From contig DLMY01000016.1 in the NCBI GenBank assembly GCA_002478275.1, positions 1 through 64,000 of the forward strand: a stretch of 64,000 bases of DNA, written 5' to 3'. Source of the DNA: Actinobacteria bacterium UBA7524. Its GTDB lineage: Bacteria; Actinomycetota; Coriobacteriia; Anaerosomatales; UBA912. The notes under the pieces are model-generated. The model made no database searches. It saw nothing but the letters and a program-made list of their open reading frames with translations, and was not told where the DNA came from. This document shows, piece by piece, positions 29,638 through 39,739 of the stretch; the first letter of the stretch is position 1, and every line of letters begins with the position of its first letter. The position numbers and the translations under genes were made by a program.

Positions 29638-30672
29638 CTGACAGTTCGACTTAAGACAGCCATCGTTGCCTTCGCGCTGCTCGCCGTTGTGGCCGGTACG
29701 TCGCCAGTCTTCGCCACCCCGTCGGTCTCTGACAAACGTGACGAGGCCCGCCGGGTCAAGGCTCAGCTGGATCAGCTCGACAAGGATGTCGAGGTCGCCG
29801 CCGAGGCTCACAACGAGGCGCGTTCAGCCCATGAACGCCTGTTGGCGGAGATCGAGCAGACCGGCAAGGTTCTCGCGGAAACCAACGCGAGGATCGATGA
29901 GCTTCAGTCACACCTGCAGGTGCGTGCGAGCTCCATGTACCGGGGCGGTCCTGTCGGCTTCTTGGAGGTCCTTCTCGGCACGAACGACTTCCAGGAGTTC
30001 GCTTCGACGTGGGACTTGCTCAAGGACATGAACGCCAAGGAAGCCGAGGATGTGGCCTCACTCAAGGATGAGCGTGCCAAGGCCGAGCGCTACCGGACCG
30101 ATCTCGAAGCGAAGGAGTCCGAGGCGAGGGCGGTTCGGGAGCAGATGGCGGCACGTAAGAGCGCCATCGAGGCCAAGCTGGCTGAACGCAAGCGGATGCT
30201 GGCCGGTCTCGAGAACGAGATCGCTGCGATCGAGAGGGCCGAAGCCGCCCGTGCTGCGGCAGCCGCTCGTGCGGCCGTATCGAGATCGACGTCAACTGGG
30301 AGCCGTACCTTCCCGCCTCCCACCCGGGCTCCTCGGAGTGAAGTCGTGAGCATCGCGAAACGCTACCTCGGGGCACCGTACCGGTGGGGCGCTTCGGGGC
30401 CGAATGCCTTTGACTGCTCCGGGTTCACCTCGTTCGTCTACCGCCAGGTGGGCGTATCGCTTCCGCACTCCTCGCGCGCCCAGATCAATGTCGGCCAGCG
30501 TGTATCACGTGCCGACCTTCAGCCGGGCGATCTCGTGTTCTTCGGCTCCCCGATACATCATGTCGGTATCTACGTCGGCGGAGGCAGCTACATCCATGCC
30601 CCACGCACCGGTGATGTGGTCAAGATATCGCCTTTGACGCGAGGGGACTACGCCGGCGCGACGCGTCCGTAG
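29638..30672 (+). CDS. Secreted coiled-coil NlpC/P60 peptidoglycan endopeptidase; probable CTG start
   Basis: PYRWGASGPNAFDCSG, HHVGIYVG, IHAP; signal peptide is complete only from the CTG 7 nt after AGGAGG. Confidence 0.88.
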   Translation: MTVRLKTAIVAFALLAVVAGTSPVFATPSVSDKRDEARRVKAQLDQLDKDVEVAAEAHNEARSAHERLLAEIEQTGKVLAETNARIDELQSHLQVRASSMYRGGPVGFLEVLLGTNDFQEFASTWDLLKDMNAKEAEDVASLKDERAKAERYRTDLEAKESEARAVREQMAARKSAIEAKLAERKRMLAGLENEIAAIERAEAARAAAAARAAVSRSTSTGSRTFPPPTRAPRSEVVSIAKRYLGAPYRWGASGPNAFDCSGFTSFVYRQVGVSLPHSSRAQINVGQRVSRADLQPGDLVFFGSPIHHVGIYVGGGSYIHAPRTGDVVKISPLTRGDYAGATRP

Positions 30673-30812
30673 GCGACTCGTTCCCCGGCGGCATGCGACG
30701 AAGCTGTCGGTATGGCCCTTGAGCCTCGCTGCAGGGATTCCGATAACAATTCATCACAGGGCGCGGCTGCGCTATGCTTGTGTGGATGCCGAGGGATTCC
30801 GGGTGATGTCGT

Positions 30813-31919
30813 ATGGCTGAGATCGACGGACTGCTGCAGATCATGACTGACAAGGGCTCCTCCGACCTGCATGTGAAGGTCGGGAGTCCCCCGGCGATCA
30901 GGCTCAACGGGCGACTGGTGGTCCTGAGGGACCAGTTCCAGCCGTTGACACCGGAGCAGACCAAGGCGTTGGCGCTTGGAATGATGGATGACCGGCAGCG
31001 CCAATCTTTCGAGAACCACCGTGAGATCGACTTCGCTTACTCCCTTTCCGGGGTCGGCCGCTTCCGCGTCAACGTGTTCCACCAGCGCGGCAGTGTGGGG
31101 ATGACCATGCGACGCGTGGCCACAGAACTGGCGGCGATCGAGGAGTTGGGACTGCCACCCGTCATCAGGCAGCTGGCGGACGAGCCCCGGGGCCTGGTGC
31201 TCGTGACGGGAACCGCCGGATCCGGCAAGACGACCACGCTGGCGTCGATGATCGACCACATCAACAGCACGCGTGACGGCCACATAGTGACGATCGAGGA
31301 CCCGATCGAGGTGCTGCATCATGACAAGAAGTGCATCGTCAACCAGCGAGAGATCGGGATCGACACCCAGAGCTACGCGGACGCCCTGCGTCATGTCGTG
31401 AGGCAGGACCCGGACGTCGTGCTCATCGGTGAGATGCGTGACCACGAGACGGTCTCTGCCGCGTTGACCGCTGCTGAGATAGGCAACTTGGTGCTTTCGA
31501 CCCTTCACACCATCGACGCGACCGAGACCATCGCGCGAATCATCGACTTCTTCCCGCCTTACCAGCAAAAACAGATTCGGCTGATGCTCTCTTCGACCCT
31601 CAAGGGGATCGTCTCGCTGCGTCTGATCCCCTCGATCAACGGGGGCCTCGTCCCTGCGGTGGAGGTCATGATCGCGACCGGCACCATCAGAGAGTTCATC
31701 AACGACCCGGACAAGACCTACATGATCAGAGACGCCATGGAAGAAGGCGACTACTACGGCATGCAGACGTTCGACAAGAGCCTCATGAAGCTCTACACCG
31801 AGCGAAAGATCACGCTGGACGACGCTGTCGCCATGGCGCATAACGCACATGACTTCAAGATCAAGCTCCGTCAGCTTGGAGTGGACCAGCAGACCGCTGC
31901 GGAGAGCGGCATCTACTAG
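30813..31919 (+). CDS. pilT: Type IV pilus retraction ATPase PilT/PilU family
   Basis: SDLH, GTAGSGKTTT, TIEDPIE, RQDPDVVLIGEMRD, STLHT, GMQTFD. Confidence 0.9.
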   Translation: MAEIDGLLQIMTDKGSSDLHVKVGSPPAIRLNGRLVVLRDQFQPLTPEQTKALALGMMDDRQRQSFENHREIDFAYSLSGVGRFRVNVFHQRGSVGMTMRRVATELAAIEELGLPPVIRQLADEPRGLVLVTGTAGSGKTTTLASMIDHINSTRDGHIVTIEDPIEVLHHDKKCIVNQREIGIDTQSYADALRHVVRQDPDVVLIGEMRDHETVSAALTAAEIGNLVLSTLHTIDATETIARIIDFFPPYQQKQIRLMLSSTLKGIVSLRLIPSINGGLVPAVEVMIATGTIREFINDPDKTYMIRDAMEEGDYYGMQTFDKSLMKLYTERKITLDDAVAMAHNAHDFKIKLRQLGVDQQTAAESGIY

Positions 31920-31968
31920 GACGACGGCTCACCGCCGATGTCGGGACTGCCGGTTTAGCGAACGCGCG

Positions 31969-33420
31969 TCAGAGCCACTTGCCCATGAGGCGCTCGACCT
32001 CTTTGGGCATCGAGCCCAGGCCGCCCATGTGCTGGCGCAGGTAGCTGTTCTCCATGAGCAGCTTCATCGTCACCATGAAGTACTCGCGCTTGAACGTCGA
32101 CATCGTCGCGATACTCTTGAGCTTGCCCATGTAGAAGCGCCGGTAGCAGTTGATGACCTGCTCCATAAGCTCGTCGATCTCCATAGCGATCGGCTTCACG
32201 ACGGGAGCGACGAGGTTGTAGTCCTCATAGTCGTAGCTCACGATGTGAGGCTTCAGGTCCTCGTAGATGTCCGCGTACGGCCATGGTGCGATGGTCAGGA
32301 AGAACGCAAGGTCGGGGTTGTAGTGCTGCGCCAGCTGGAAGGTTGCCTCGATGGTCTCGGGCGTATCGGTCGGCAGTCCGAGCACCAGACTCGTTTCGGA
32401 GATCATATCGTGGCCATTGACGAGGTCCAGAGCGCGTTTGCCCATCTCGACCTCGGTGTTCTTCTTGAACAGGTCGAGGGTCGTCTGATCAGTGCGTTCG
32501 ACGCCCAGATAGACATGGTTGATGCCGGCGCCGTGGTAGCGGTCCATGATGGCTTGGTCGCGCAGGACATCGTCGACGCGGGTCTCCATCAGGATGTGAG
32601 ATCCGACCTCGCGTTCGATCAGCCCGTCCAGAAGCGCATGCCAGCGAGTCTCATCCAGCGTGGGTGTCTCATCGGCGAACATCACGACGCCCACACCGAA
32701 ACGATCCCGGAGCATCTCCATCTCAGCGATGACGCTTTCGGCGCTGCGGGCACGCCAGGTCTTGTTCCAGAACACCTGCTGGCTGCAGAACGTGCATGAC
32801 TGATCGCAGCCGCGCGAGGTCGACAGGATGGCCAGTTTGGTGTCAGGTAAGGGGTAGAACCGGTAAAGGCTCCAATCGACCAGATCCCACGCGGTGGGGA
32901 GTGAATCCAGGTCGTGTACGAACGGCCGGGCCGGCGTCGCCAGGACCGCTCCGTTCTCGTCCCGGTAGGCGATTCCTTCGACCTTCGCGAGGTTGTCGCC
33001 TGCGTTGAGGCACTGGACCAGTTCCGGTAGAGTGCGCTCACCCTCCCCGCGGACCACGAAGTCCACCGCGTCGCCGTCTTTCGTGAGCACCTCGTCGTAC
33101 ATGAAGTGCGAATGCACGCCGCCGATACCCGTGATCACGCCCGGCAGGGTCTCCTTGGCCACGCGCAGCATCCGCGCCGCTGCGGGATAGCTGGGCGTGT
33201 AGGCACTCGTCAGCACCATATCGGGAGCGTAGCGTTCCAGCTCTGCGGCGATCCGGTCCATGTCGTGATGAGCGGTCATCGCGTCGTAGATGATCGGATC
33301 GAAACCGGCTTCGCGTAGAGCACCAGCAAGGTAGACGAACGCGACGTTAGGCCAGCTTCCTGCGGTTTCGACTACGCCACTGTGGTACGGCGGCGTGACG
33401 AGTACGATTCGCGAGAGCAT
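31969..33420 (-). CDS. Cobalamin-dependent radical SAM protein
   Basis: N-terminal B12-binding region (GGVH, VVRGEGE); SRGCDQSCTFC CxxxCxxC. Confidence 0.9.
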   Translation of the reverse strand: MLSRIVLVTPPYHSGVVETAGSWPNVAFVYLAGALREAGFDPIIYDAMTAHHDMDRIAAELERYAPDMVLTSAYTPSYPAAARMLRVAKETLPGVITGIGGVHSHFMYDEVLTKDGDAVDFVVRGEGERTLPELVQCLNAGDNLAKVEGIAYRDENGAVLATPARPFVHDLDSLPTAWDLVDWSLYRFYPLPDTKLAILSTSRGCDQSCTFCSQQVFWNKTWRARSAESVIAEMEMLRDRFGVGVVMFADETPTLDETRWHALLDGLIEREVGSHILMETRVDDVLRDQAIMDRYHGAGINHVYLGVERTDQTTLDLFKKNTEVEMGKRALDLVNGHDMISETSLVLGLPTDTPETIEATFQLAQHYNPDLAFFLTIAPWPYADIYEDLKPHIVSYDYEDYNLVAPVVKPIAMEIDELMEQVINCYRRFYMGKLKSIATMSTFKREYFMVTMKLLMENSYLRQHMGGLGSMPKEVERLMGKWL

Positions 33421-33564
33421 GTGAGTTGTTCCGATCCACGATGGACTAGAATCTAATCGCCCCTGGCGGGGCGTTTTCAGGCGTGACAATCTTAACATGC
33501 GTCCGCCGGAGGCCGTAACCGTTCGAGCCGATGCTTCGTTTCTTTGGATGGAGTCCCCGCACAG

Positions 33565-34137
33565 ATGAACACCATCGACGAGAGGTTCGTTGACAGGTTC
33601 GTGCGAAGAGCGATGCGCGGTGATGTCGACGCGTTCGGTTCGATCTATGACGTTTACGCCGACAGGGTCTATGCGTTCGTGCGATCGCGGATCGGGCACG
33701 TCCAGGACGCGGAGGACGTCACCGAGGTCGTCTTCCTCAAAGCGTTCGAGGCGATCGGTGCGTACGATCGCAGGGGTCTTCCGTTCGGAGCGTGGCTGTT
33801 CAGGATCGCGCGAAACGCGATCGTCGACCACCATCGCCGTACGGCTCGAGTCCCTGAGCCGGTGGAAGACGCCGTGTCACTCGTGGAGAACGCCGCCGAC
33901 CCTGTGATGGTGGATGAGCGCGTGCTCGCGGATGTGGATGCGGAGCGTCTGAGGGAGTGTATGAAGAGCCTGACCGAGGAGCAGGCTGCAGTGCTGGTAG
34001 CCAGGTTCTTCTGGGACATGGATGTCCGTGAGACCGCGGCTGTCCTCGGCAAAGGCGAGGGGTCGGTCAAGGCCCTTCAGCACCGGGCGGTTCGAAGCCT
34101 GGCGCGCAAGCTTGAGGAGTTGGGCGAGGATGAGTGA
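33565..34137 (+). CDS. ECF RNA polymerase sigma factor
   Basis: DAEDVTEVVFLKAF, WLFRIARN, region 4 GSVKALQHRA. Confidence 0.92.
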   Translation: MNTIDERFVDRFVRRAMRGDVDAFGSIYDVYADRVYAFVRSRIGHVQDAEDVTEVVFLKAFEAIGAYDRRGLPFGAWLFRIARNAIVDHHRRTARVPEPVEDAVSLVENAADPVMVDERVLADVDAERLRECMKSLTEEQAAVLVARFFWDMDVRETAAVLGKGEGSVKALQHRAVRSLARKLEELGEDE

Positions 34138-34972
34138 CCGATCGGCACAGATGACCGAGGTCTCTCTGGAGGAGTGGCTCTCCGGGCGAGATGCCGGTTT
34201 CGAGGCGGGTTCGCGCGAGCGTGTCCGTGATCGCGTCATGGCCCACGTTCCCGGGTATGCGGCCCCACTTCATTCCGCACGACTCTTGTTCCGGCGAAGC
34301 GCGACCGCCTTCGCCGTTACCGCTACCATGCTCTCGGGCGTTTCCTATGCTGCTGCTCGTTCCGGCCCAGGGGACCTGCTCTACCCGGTTCGCATGGCAG
34401 CGATCCAGGTCCGAGAGGCTCTTCGCGGTGACTATGAATCGACCGGCGGTAAGGCTCCGGAAGATCGACCTGGAAGCTCTGCGGCGACGTCTTCGACGGT
34501 CGTGCCCGTACACGAGCAGACGCAGGAACGGATTCGCTTGCGCGAACACCGCGAGTTCAGGGAAGCGACCTCCGAACAGTCGCGCACCGGTGATGAGACA
34601 GATGGACCTTCGGGTTCAGGGACCGGCCCCCACGGCAGCGACGGCAGTGGCGGCAGTGCCGGCAGTGCCGGCAGTGGTGCCACTGACGGCGGTTCCGGGT
34701 CGAGTGGAGGCGGAAGCGAGGGTTCCCGACAGGGGACCGGAGGCGGCCAGAACGCGACGCCGGGCCAGAACACAGGACAGAGCCAGGACGGTACGGGGTC
34801 AGGCTCCGGCGGTTCCGGTGACGGGCAGGCCGGTCAGGGTGACTCACCGGGAGGAGATGGCGCGCAGGACCCGGGGGGACCATCCGGTGACGGAGTGTCA
34901 CCGGACCAGCAAGACCAGCAGCAACAGCGCAACAACGATCGCGATCAGGGCGGCCAGGGCGCTTTACCCTGA
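34130..34972 (+). CDS. Putative membrane anti-sigma factor (DUF5667/RsbN-like) with Gly/Ser/Gln-rich tail
   Basis: Overlaps sigma stop; TM followed by AARSGPGDLLYPVR. Confidence 0.65.
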   Translation: MSDRSAQMTEVSLEEWLSGRDAGFEAGSRERVRDRVMAHVPGYAAPLHSARLLFRRSATAFAVTATMLSGVSYAAARSGPGDLLYPVRMAAIQVREALRGDYESTGGKAPEDRPGSSAATSSTVVPVHEQTQERIRLREHREFREATSEQSRTGDETDGPSGSGTGPHGSDGSGGSAGSAGSGATDGGSGSSGGGSEGSRQGTGGGQNATPGQNTGQSQDGTGSGSGGSGDGQAGQGDSPGGDGAQDPGGPSGDGVSPDQQDQQQQRNNDRDQGGQGALP

Positions 34973-35410
34973 GCCTTCGGGCCTGCCGGGCACGGTGCCA
35001 CCTGACTCAGCACGGCGGCGCTGGAGATAGCGGTGTACTCCAAGGCTCGTAAATGCCCCAACGCCTGCCCCAAGCGTGTCGAGACCCCAGTCGACGACGT
35101 CGGGAACCCTGCCGGGCACGAACGCCTGGTGGACCTCGTCCGTCACGCCGTACGCCGAGGAGATCACAACGGCCAGGCAGGCGGCACGGACTGCCCCCTG
35201 CTCTCGCGCCAACGCCAGGAACAGCAGGGCGCCAAGCACCGCGTAGACGGTGAAGTGGGCGAGGGAACCGTAGTCGCCTGGCGGTACGTCGGACCCGGGG
35301 ATCGCCGATAGCCGGAAGATCAGGGTGGCCCAGAGTACGGAGGGCACCCATTTGACGGCCGCACGCAAATGGGAGCCACTGGCGTCCGCTGTAGGTTCGG
35401 CATCATGCAT
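34964..35410 (-). CDS. VanZ family protein
   Basis: HFTVYAVLG, YGVTDEVHQAFVPGR..DW..D. Confidence 0.85.
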   Translation of the reverse strand: MHDAEPTADASGSHLRAAVKWVPSVLWATLIFRLSAIPGSDVPPGDYGSLAHFTVYAVLGALLFLALAREQGAVRAACLAVVISSAYGVTDEVHQAFVPGRVPDVVDWGLDTLGAGVGAFTSLGVHRYLQRRRAESGGTVPGRPEGSG

Positions 35411-35545
35411 GAGGCACAGGGTTTCCTCGGCGGGTAGGGGAACGGTCGCCCGCAGTCTATCAGAGCATCGCGTGGGTCGACATGTCCTTGACGCGCTGAC
35501 TGCGTGGTGGCAGCGTGAGCGGTCGGAGCTGGTGAGAGGAGCAGG

Positions 35546-36448
35546 GTGGAGCGCAAAGGAGCACTCATAGCGGCGATCGCATCCGCAGCTTGTTTCGGAA
35601 CGCTTGCGGTCTTCACCAGACTCGCATATTCCCGGGGGGCATTGCCCCTGCAGCTGCTCACATGGCGCTTCGGCCTGGCTGCGCTGCTGCTCGGGGGGTA
35701 TGTCGCCCTGAAGAACCCTCGGCGGTTGCATGAGGGCCTGAGCGATCTGGGCAGGTACGCCCTGATCTCGTTCGGGGGATATGGGGCGGCGTCCATCTGC
35801 TTCTTCTTCGCCCTGACCTTCGCCGATGCGGCGGTGGTGGCCGTCTTGCTCTACACGTATCCCGCGATCGTCGTGTTGGCTGAGCGGACTCTGTTCGGCG
35901 TCACGGTCTCAAAGACCAGAGGTGCCGCGGTGGCGCTGTCGTTCGCAGGCTGTGTCCTGGTCGTCGCTCCATTCTCAGGCGCGGTCCGGGTGGGTGTCCC
36001 TGGCCTCCTTCTCGGGCTGGCCGCCGCGTGTGGGTACACATCGTTCACCGTGGCGAGTCAGCGCCTACTGCCTGACCGGCCGAGAACCGTTCTGATGACT
36101 TACCTGTTCTTCCTCACGGCCCTGATGGCCTTCGTCGCCGCTCTGCTCACATCCACGCCGCTGTCCGCCGCCGGCTGGGGTTCGGAGCTGTGGCTTCTGC
36201 TCGCGGGCATCGTGCTGCTGCCGACGTTCGTCGCGATTCTGCTCTACTTGCGGGCGCTGCGTCACCTGGGTGCCGGACGTACCGCCATCGCCTCGACGTT
36301 CGAACCGGTGTTCACCATCGTGCTGGCTTCCATCCTGCTTGGCGAGCGGATGACCTTCGTCCAACTGGTCGGGGCCGCGTTGGTGATGGCAGGTGTCGTG
36401 GTCGCGGAGCGTTCGGGTGGTATCGCCGAGGAACCCGCTATCGTCTGA
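35546..36448 (+). CDS. DMT/EamA family transporter
   Basis: ~10 TM segments; LLYTYP, FEPVFT..LGE. Confidence 0.88.
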   Translation: MERKGALIAAIASAACFGTLAVFTRLAYSRGALPLQLLTWRFGLAALLLGGYVALKNPRRLHEGLSDLGRYALISFGGYGAASICFFFALTFADAAVVAVLLYTYPAIVVLAERTLFGVTVSKTRGAAVALSFAGCVLVVAPFSGAVRVGVPGLLLGLAAACGYTSFTVASQRLLPDRPRTVLMTYLFFLTALMAFVAALLTSTPLSAAGWGSELWLLLAGIVLLPTFVAILLYLRALRHLGAGRTAIASTFEPVFTIVLASILLGERMTFVQLVGAALVMAGVVVAERSGGIAEEPAIV

Positions 36449-36498
36449 TGCCGCAGGGGGGTCGTCTGCAGGAGACATCCGGTCTGCAAGGGATGTCG

Positions 36499-37248
36499 TC
36501 AGCCGATCGACAGCACCCTCAAGAGCACGGCCGCGTTTCGGCTAGCGATGATGACCAGAAGACCCACGAATTCGACCGCGAAGCCCGCTGCCACGGTGTA
36601 TCCGGCCCTCTTGACGTCCGGCTGGTTGTGGCGCAGGACACGGTAGGCTGTCACCGCGCCCAGGCCCCATGCCAGAGCACGGGTCACGGGTATGATGGCG
36701 ATGATGAACGGGACCGTTCCCGCCGCCCACGATGCTGTGACCAGGACCCGTTCCCCGGACCCCCGAGGCCTGAAGACCGTCCACATCACCGCGAGCCGGG
36801 CAGACAGCCAGACGAGCATCAGGCCGCCCGCAGCCAGGGCCCGGGACAGCTGGCCCGCCGGTGCTATCAGCGCTGTCAGACCCGCTCCTGCGAGCGCAAG
36901 TGCGAGTGCGACGATGGTAACGCGGCCGATGACCGCACGCGAAGGCGCTCGGGCATGAAGAAGCAGCTCGAAGGTGGCTATCGCTGTGACCTTCGTCCCG
37001 CTGGTCAGGGAGCGTGCGACCAGCCGTGTGTGCCTCAGGACCCTGGATAGTCCCCGGCGCCAGCTGGCGAACACCGGGGAGCTGCGGAGGCTTCGGCCGG
37101 AGCCGTTTGAGGACCTTCTGGCACCACGGCGCAGGGGCAGTGACGGCATCTGCAAGACCGAGGTGAGGAAGCGCCTCCACCAAAGGAATGCCCTGTGCAC
37201 CGGATCGTCGGCGACGTCGCTGGTCGCACGGGTCTCGCGTGGTAACAT
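36499..37248 (-). CDS. Hypothetical membrane protein
   Basis: Basic N-terminus followed by ~5 hydrophobic segments; fills the gap between DMT and PBP genes. Confidence 0.55.
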   Translation of the reverse strand: MLPRETRATSDVADDPVHRAFLWWRRFLTSVLQMPSLPLRRGARRSSNGSGRSLRSSPVFASWRRGLSRVLRHTRLVARSLTSGTKVTAIATFELLLHARAPSRAVIGRVTIVALALALAGAGLTALIAPAGQLSRALAAGGLMLVWLSARLAVMWTVFRPRGSGERVLVTASWAAGTVPFIIAIIPVTRALAWGLGAVTAYRVLRHNQPDVKRAGYTVAAGFAVEFVGLLVIIASRNAAVLLRVLSIG

Positions 37249-37359
37249 GACGCGTATCGCACTCCTTGCCCGTACGCTGGTCGCCCGGCCTGCGCCCGGC
37301 GCAGGATTTGCTCTCTGTTGAGAGTGTACTTCACCGGAATCCGGCTATGGAGGAAGCGC

Positions 37360-39387
37360 GTGATCGTCTCCGGACGTTTCGCTTCGATCCTCAAGGGCGC
37401 GGCGTTGGTTCTCGCGACGCTCGTGGTGCTTTTCAGCGCCATAGGGTTCTATCTGTACCGTGTCTCGCTCACCCTTCCCGATCTGGCGACTGGGCCGGAG
37501 TCGCTGCGCACTCCACGCACCTCGATCGTCTATGCGGCCGACGGCAGTGTCATCGCGAAGTGGCATGGCGAGCAGGACCGTACCGTCATACCGCTCGACA
37601 GGATGGCACAGACGGTGCGTGACGCGGTCGTCGCGATCGAAGACGAGCGCTTCTACGAGCATCACGGTGTCGATACGAAGGCGATCCTGCGCGCATTGCG
37701 TTCCAACGCCGAGGAGGGCCAGATCGTCCAGGGTGGAAGTACGATCACGCAACAGGTGGTCAAGCTGTTGTTCACCGGCGGGGAGCGCAACTTCGCACGC
37801 AAGCTTCGGGAGGCCATGCTTGCCTACGAACTCGAGGCGCGAGCGGACAAGGGCGATGTACTCGAAACGTATCTGAACACCGTGTACTTCGGTCACGGCG
37901 CCTATGGAGTGGAAAGCGCGGCGCGCAGGTACTTCGGCGTGCCTGCATCGGATCTTTCCCTGGCGCAATCCGCAACGCTTGCCGGCATCATCCGGTCTCC
38001 CGGCAGGTACTCGCCTATCGAGGACCCCGAGGAGACTTTGGAGCGCCGGAACCTGGTGCTCCTCAAGATGCGCGATCTCGGCTATATCTCTCCCGGCGTC
38101 TACACCGAAGCCGCGGCCACGGCCCTTGAGGTCGCAGCACCGGCGAACGTCCCCGACGTGGCACCGTACTTCGTCGAATATGTGAAACAGGGACTGATCG
38201 AGAAGCTCGGTGCTGATGCGGTGTTTCAGGGGGGGCTGAGGGTCTACACGACGCTTGAGCCCGCTATCCAGGCAGCAGCGGAGAGTGCGGCGAGTCAGGC
38301 GCTGAACTACGAAGGTGACCCCGAGTACGCGATCGTCGCCCTGGAGCATCGGACCGGGCGGATCCTCGCGATGGTCGGTGGACGCGATTTCTCCAAGAAC
38401 CAGTTCAACCTGGCCGCGCAGGGGAAGCGTCAGCCGGGTTCCGCGTTCAAACCGTTCGTCCTGGTCAGAGCCCTGGAGGAAGGCGTGCGTCCGGACCAGG
38501 TCTTCGACGCGTCTCCTTATGCGGTCGAAGTCAAAGACGGTGTGTGGCGGGTGAACAACTACGAGAACCAGTTCGCGGCGGAGCGCCTCACGCTCAGGGC
38601 CGCTACGAACTGGTCGGTCAATTGTGTCTATGCGAGGCTCGTCATGCAGGTGGGGGCGGCCGACGTCGCCGAGACTGCGAACAGGATGGGCATCACCAGT
38701 CCGCTGGAGGACAATCCCGCCATCGCACTGGGAGGGCTGTCCAGCGGCGTTTCTCCGTTGGAGATGGCAGCAGCGTACGGCACGCTGGCGAGCGGCGGCT
38801 TGCGAAACGACCCGTTCGCCGTGAGCAGGGTGACCGACGACGCGGGTGAGCCTGTATGGGAACCCGAAGCGATCTCAGCGCGCGCCGTCGATGAGGCCGT
38901 AGCCATCCAGGCGTCGTTGATGCTGCACGATGCCGTGGAGTCCGGTACGGGTACGTCCGCCCGGATCCCCGGCACGTGGGTCGCGGGTAAGACGGGCACG
39001 ACACAGTCGTACCGTGATGCCTGGTTCGTGGGTTGGGCGGAAGACGTGTCGTGTGCCGTGTGGGTCGGCCACCGCGAAGGTCAGGTCCCGATGACGAAGG
39101 TCCACGGCATCCAGGTCACCGGTGGCAGCTTCCCCGCAGAGATATGGAGCCGCTTCATGGCCGAGGCCCTCTCCCACCAGCGAGCACCCATCATGCCGGG
39201 CCAGCCGGCGCCGACGTCGCCCATAGAAGGGGACGGGGCGGATACAGATCCCCAGGCCGGATCGCCTCCTGTGCTCGTCAGCGTGTGCCCGGATTCCATG
39301 CAACTGGCGAGCAAGAGATGTCCGAACCCGGTCAACATGCAGCTGGAGCCCGATCTTGTTCCCAAGAACGCCTGTGAGAGGCACTGA
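37360..39387 (+). CDS. Class A penicillin-binding protein (PBP1A family)
   Basis: EDERFYEHHGVD, QGGSTITQQ, RKLRE; SAFK, SVN, KTG motifs. Confidence 0.93.
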   Translation: MIVSGRFASILKGAALVLATLVVLFSAIGFYLYRVSLTLPDLATGPESLRTPRTSIVYAADGSVIAKWHGEQDRTVIPLDRMAQTVRDAVVAIEDERFYEHHGVDTKAILRALRSNAEEGQIVQGGSTITQQVVKLLFTGGERNFARKLREAMLAYELEARADKGDVLETYLNTVYFGHGAYGVESAARRYFGVPASDLSLAQSATLAGIIRSPGRYSPIEDPEETLERRNLVLLKMRDLGYISPGVYTEAAATALEVAAPANVPDVAPYFVEYVKQGLIEKLGADAVFQGGLRVYTTLEPAIQAAAESAASQALNYEGDPEYAIVALEHRTGRILAMVGGRDFSKNQFNLAAQGKRQPGSAFKPFVLVRALEEGVRPDQVFDASPYAVEVKDGVWRVNNYENQFAAERLTLRAATNWSVNCVYARLVMQVGAADVAETANRMGITSPLEDNPAIALGGLSSGVSPLEMAAAYGTLASGGLRNDPFAVSRVTDDAGEPVWEPEAISARAVDEAVAIQASLMLHDAVESGTGTSARIPGTWVAGKTGTTQSYRDAWFVGWAEDVSCAVWVGHREGQVPMTKVHGIQVTGGSFPAEIWSRFMAEALSHQRAPIMPGQPAPTSPIEGDGADTDPQAGSPPVLVSVCPDSMQLASKRCPNPVNMQLEPDLVPKNACERH

Positions 39388-39406
39388 GTCGACCGTGGAG
39401 GAGAGC

Positions 39407-39712
39407 GTGGACCACTACCGGACCCTGCAGATCGACCGTTCCGCTGAACCCGAGGTCGTGGAGAAGGCGTACAAGGTCTTGTGTCTCAAGTATCACCCGG
39501 ACGTGAGTGCACCGGAACGGCGCTCTGAGGCGAACGCACGGATGCAGAGGATCAACGCGGCCTACGCAGTACTGCGCGATCCCGTCCGCCGGCGGCGTTA
39601 CGACCGCACGCTCAGCGGTGCCGGTGCGTCCCCACAGTCGGCGTGGGACGTCTTCATGAACAAGGGTCTCCTCGGCATGTTGCTCGATAAGGTGGCACCG
39701 GACTGGGAGTAG
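39407..39712 (+). CDS. Small J-domain protein
   Basis: DHYRTLQ..AYKVL..KYHPD..INAAYAVLRDP..RRRYD. Confidence 0.88.
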   Translation: MDHYRTLQIDRSAEPEVVEKAYKVLCLKYHPDVSAPERRSEANARMQRINAAYAVLRDPVRRRRYDRTLSGAGASPQSAWDVFMNKGLLGMLLDKVAPDWE

Positions 39713-39739
39713 GGGGCCCCGATCCCGTGACAGCTCGGG

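Noticed and set aside
33421..33834. N-terminal extension of the radical SAM ORF
   Set aside because: Overlaps the divergent ECF sigma gene; the family-like sequence begins at ATG 33420
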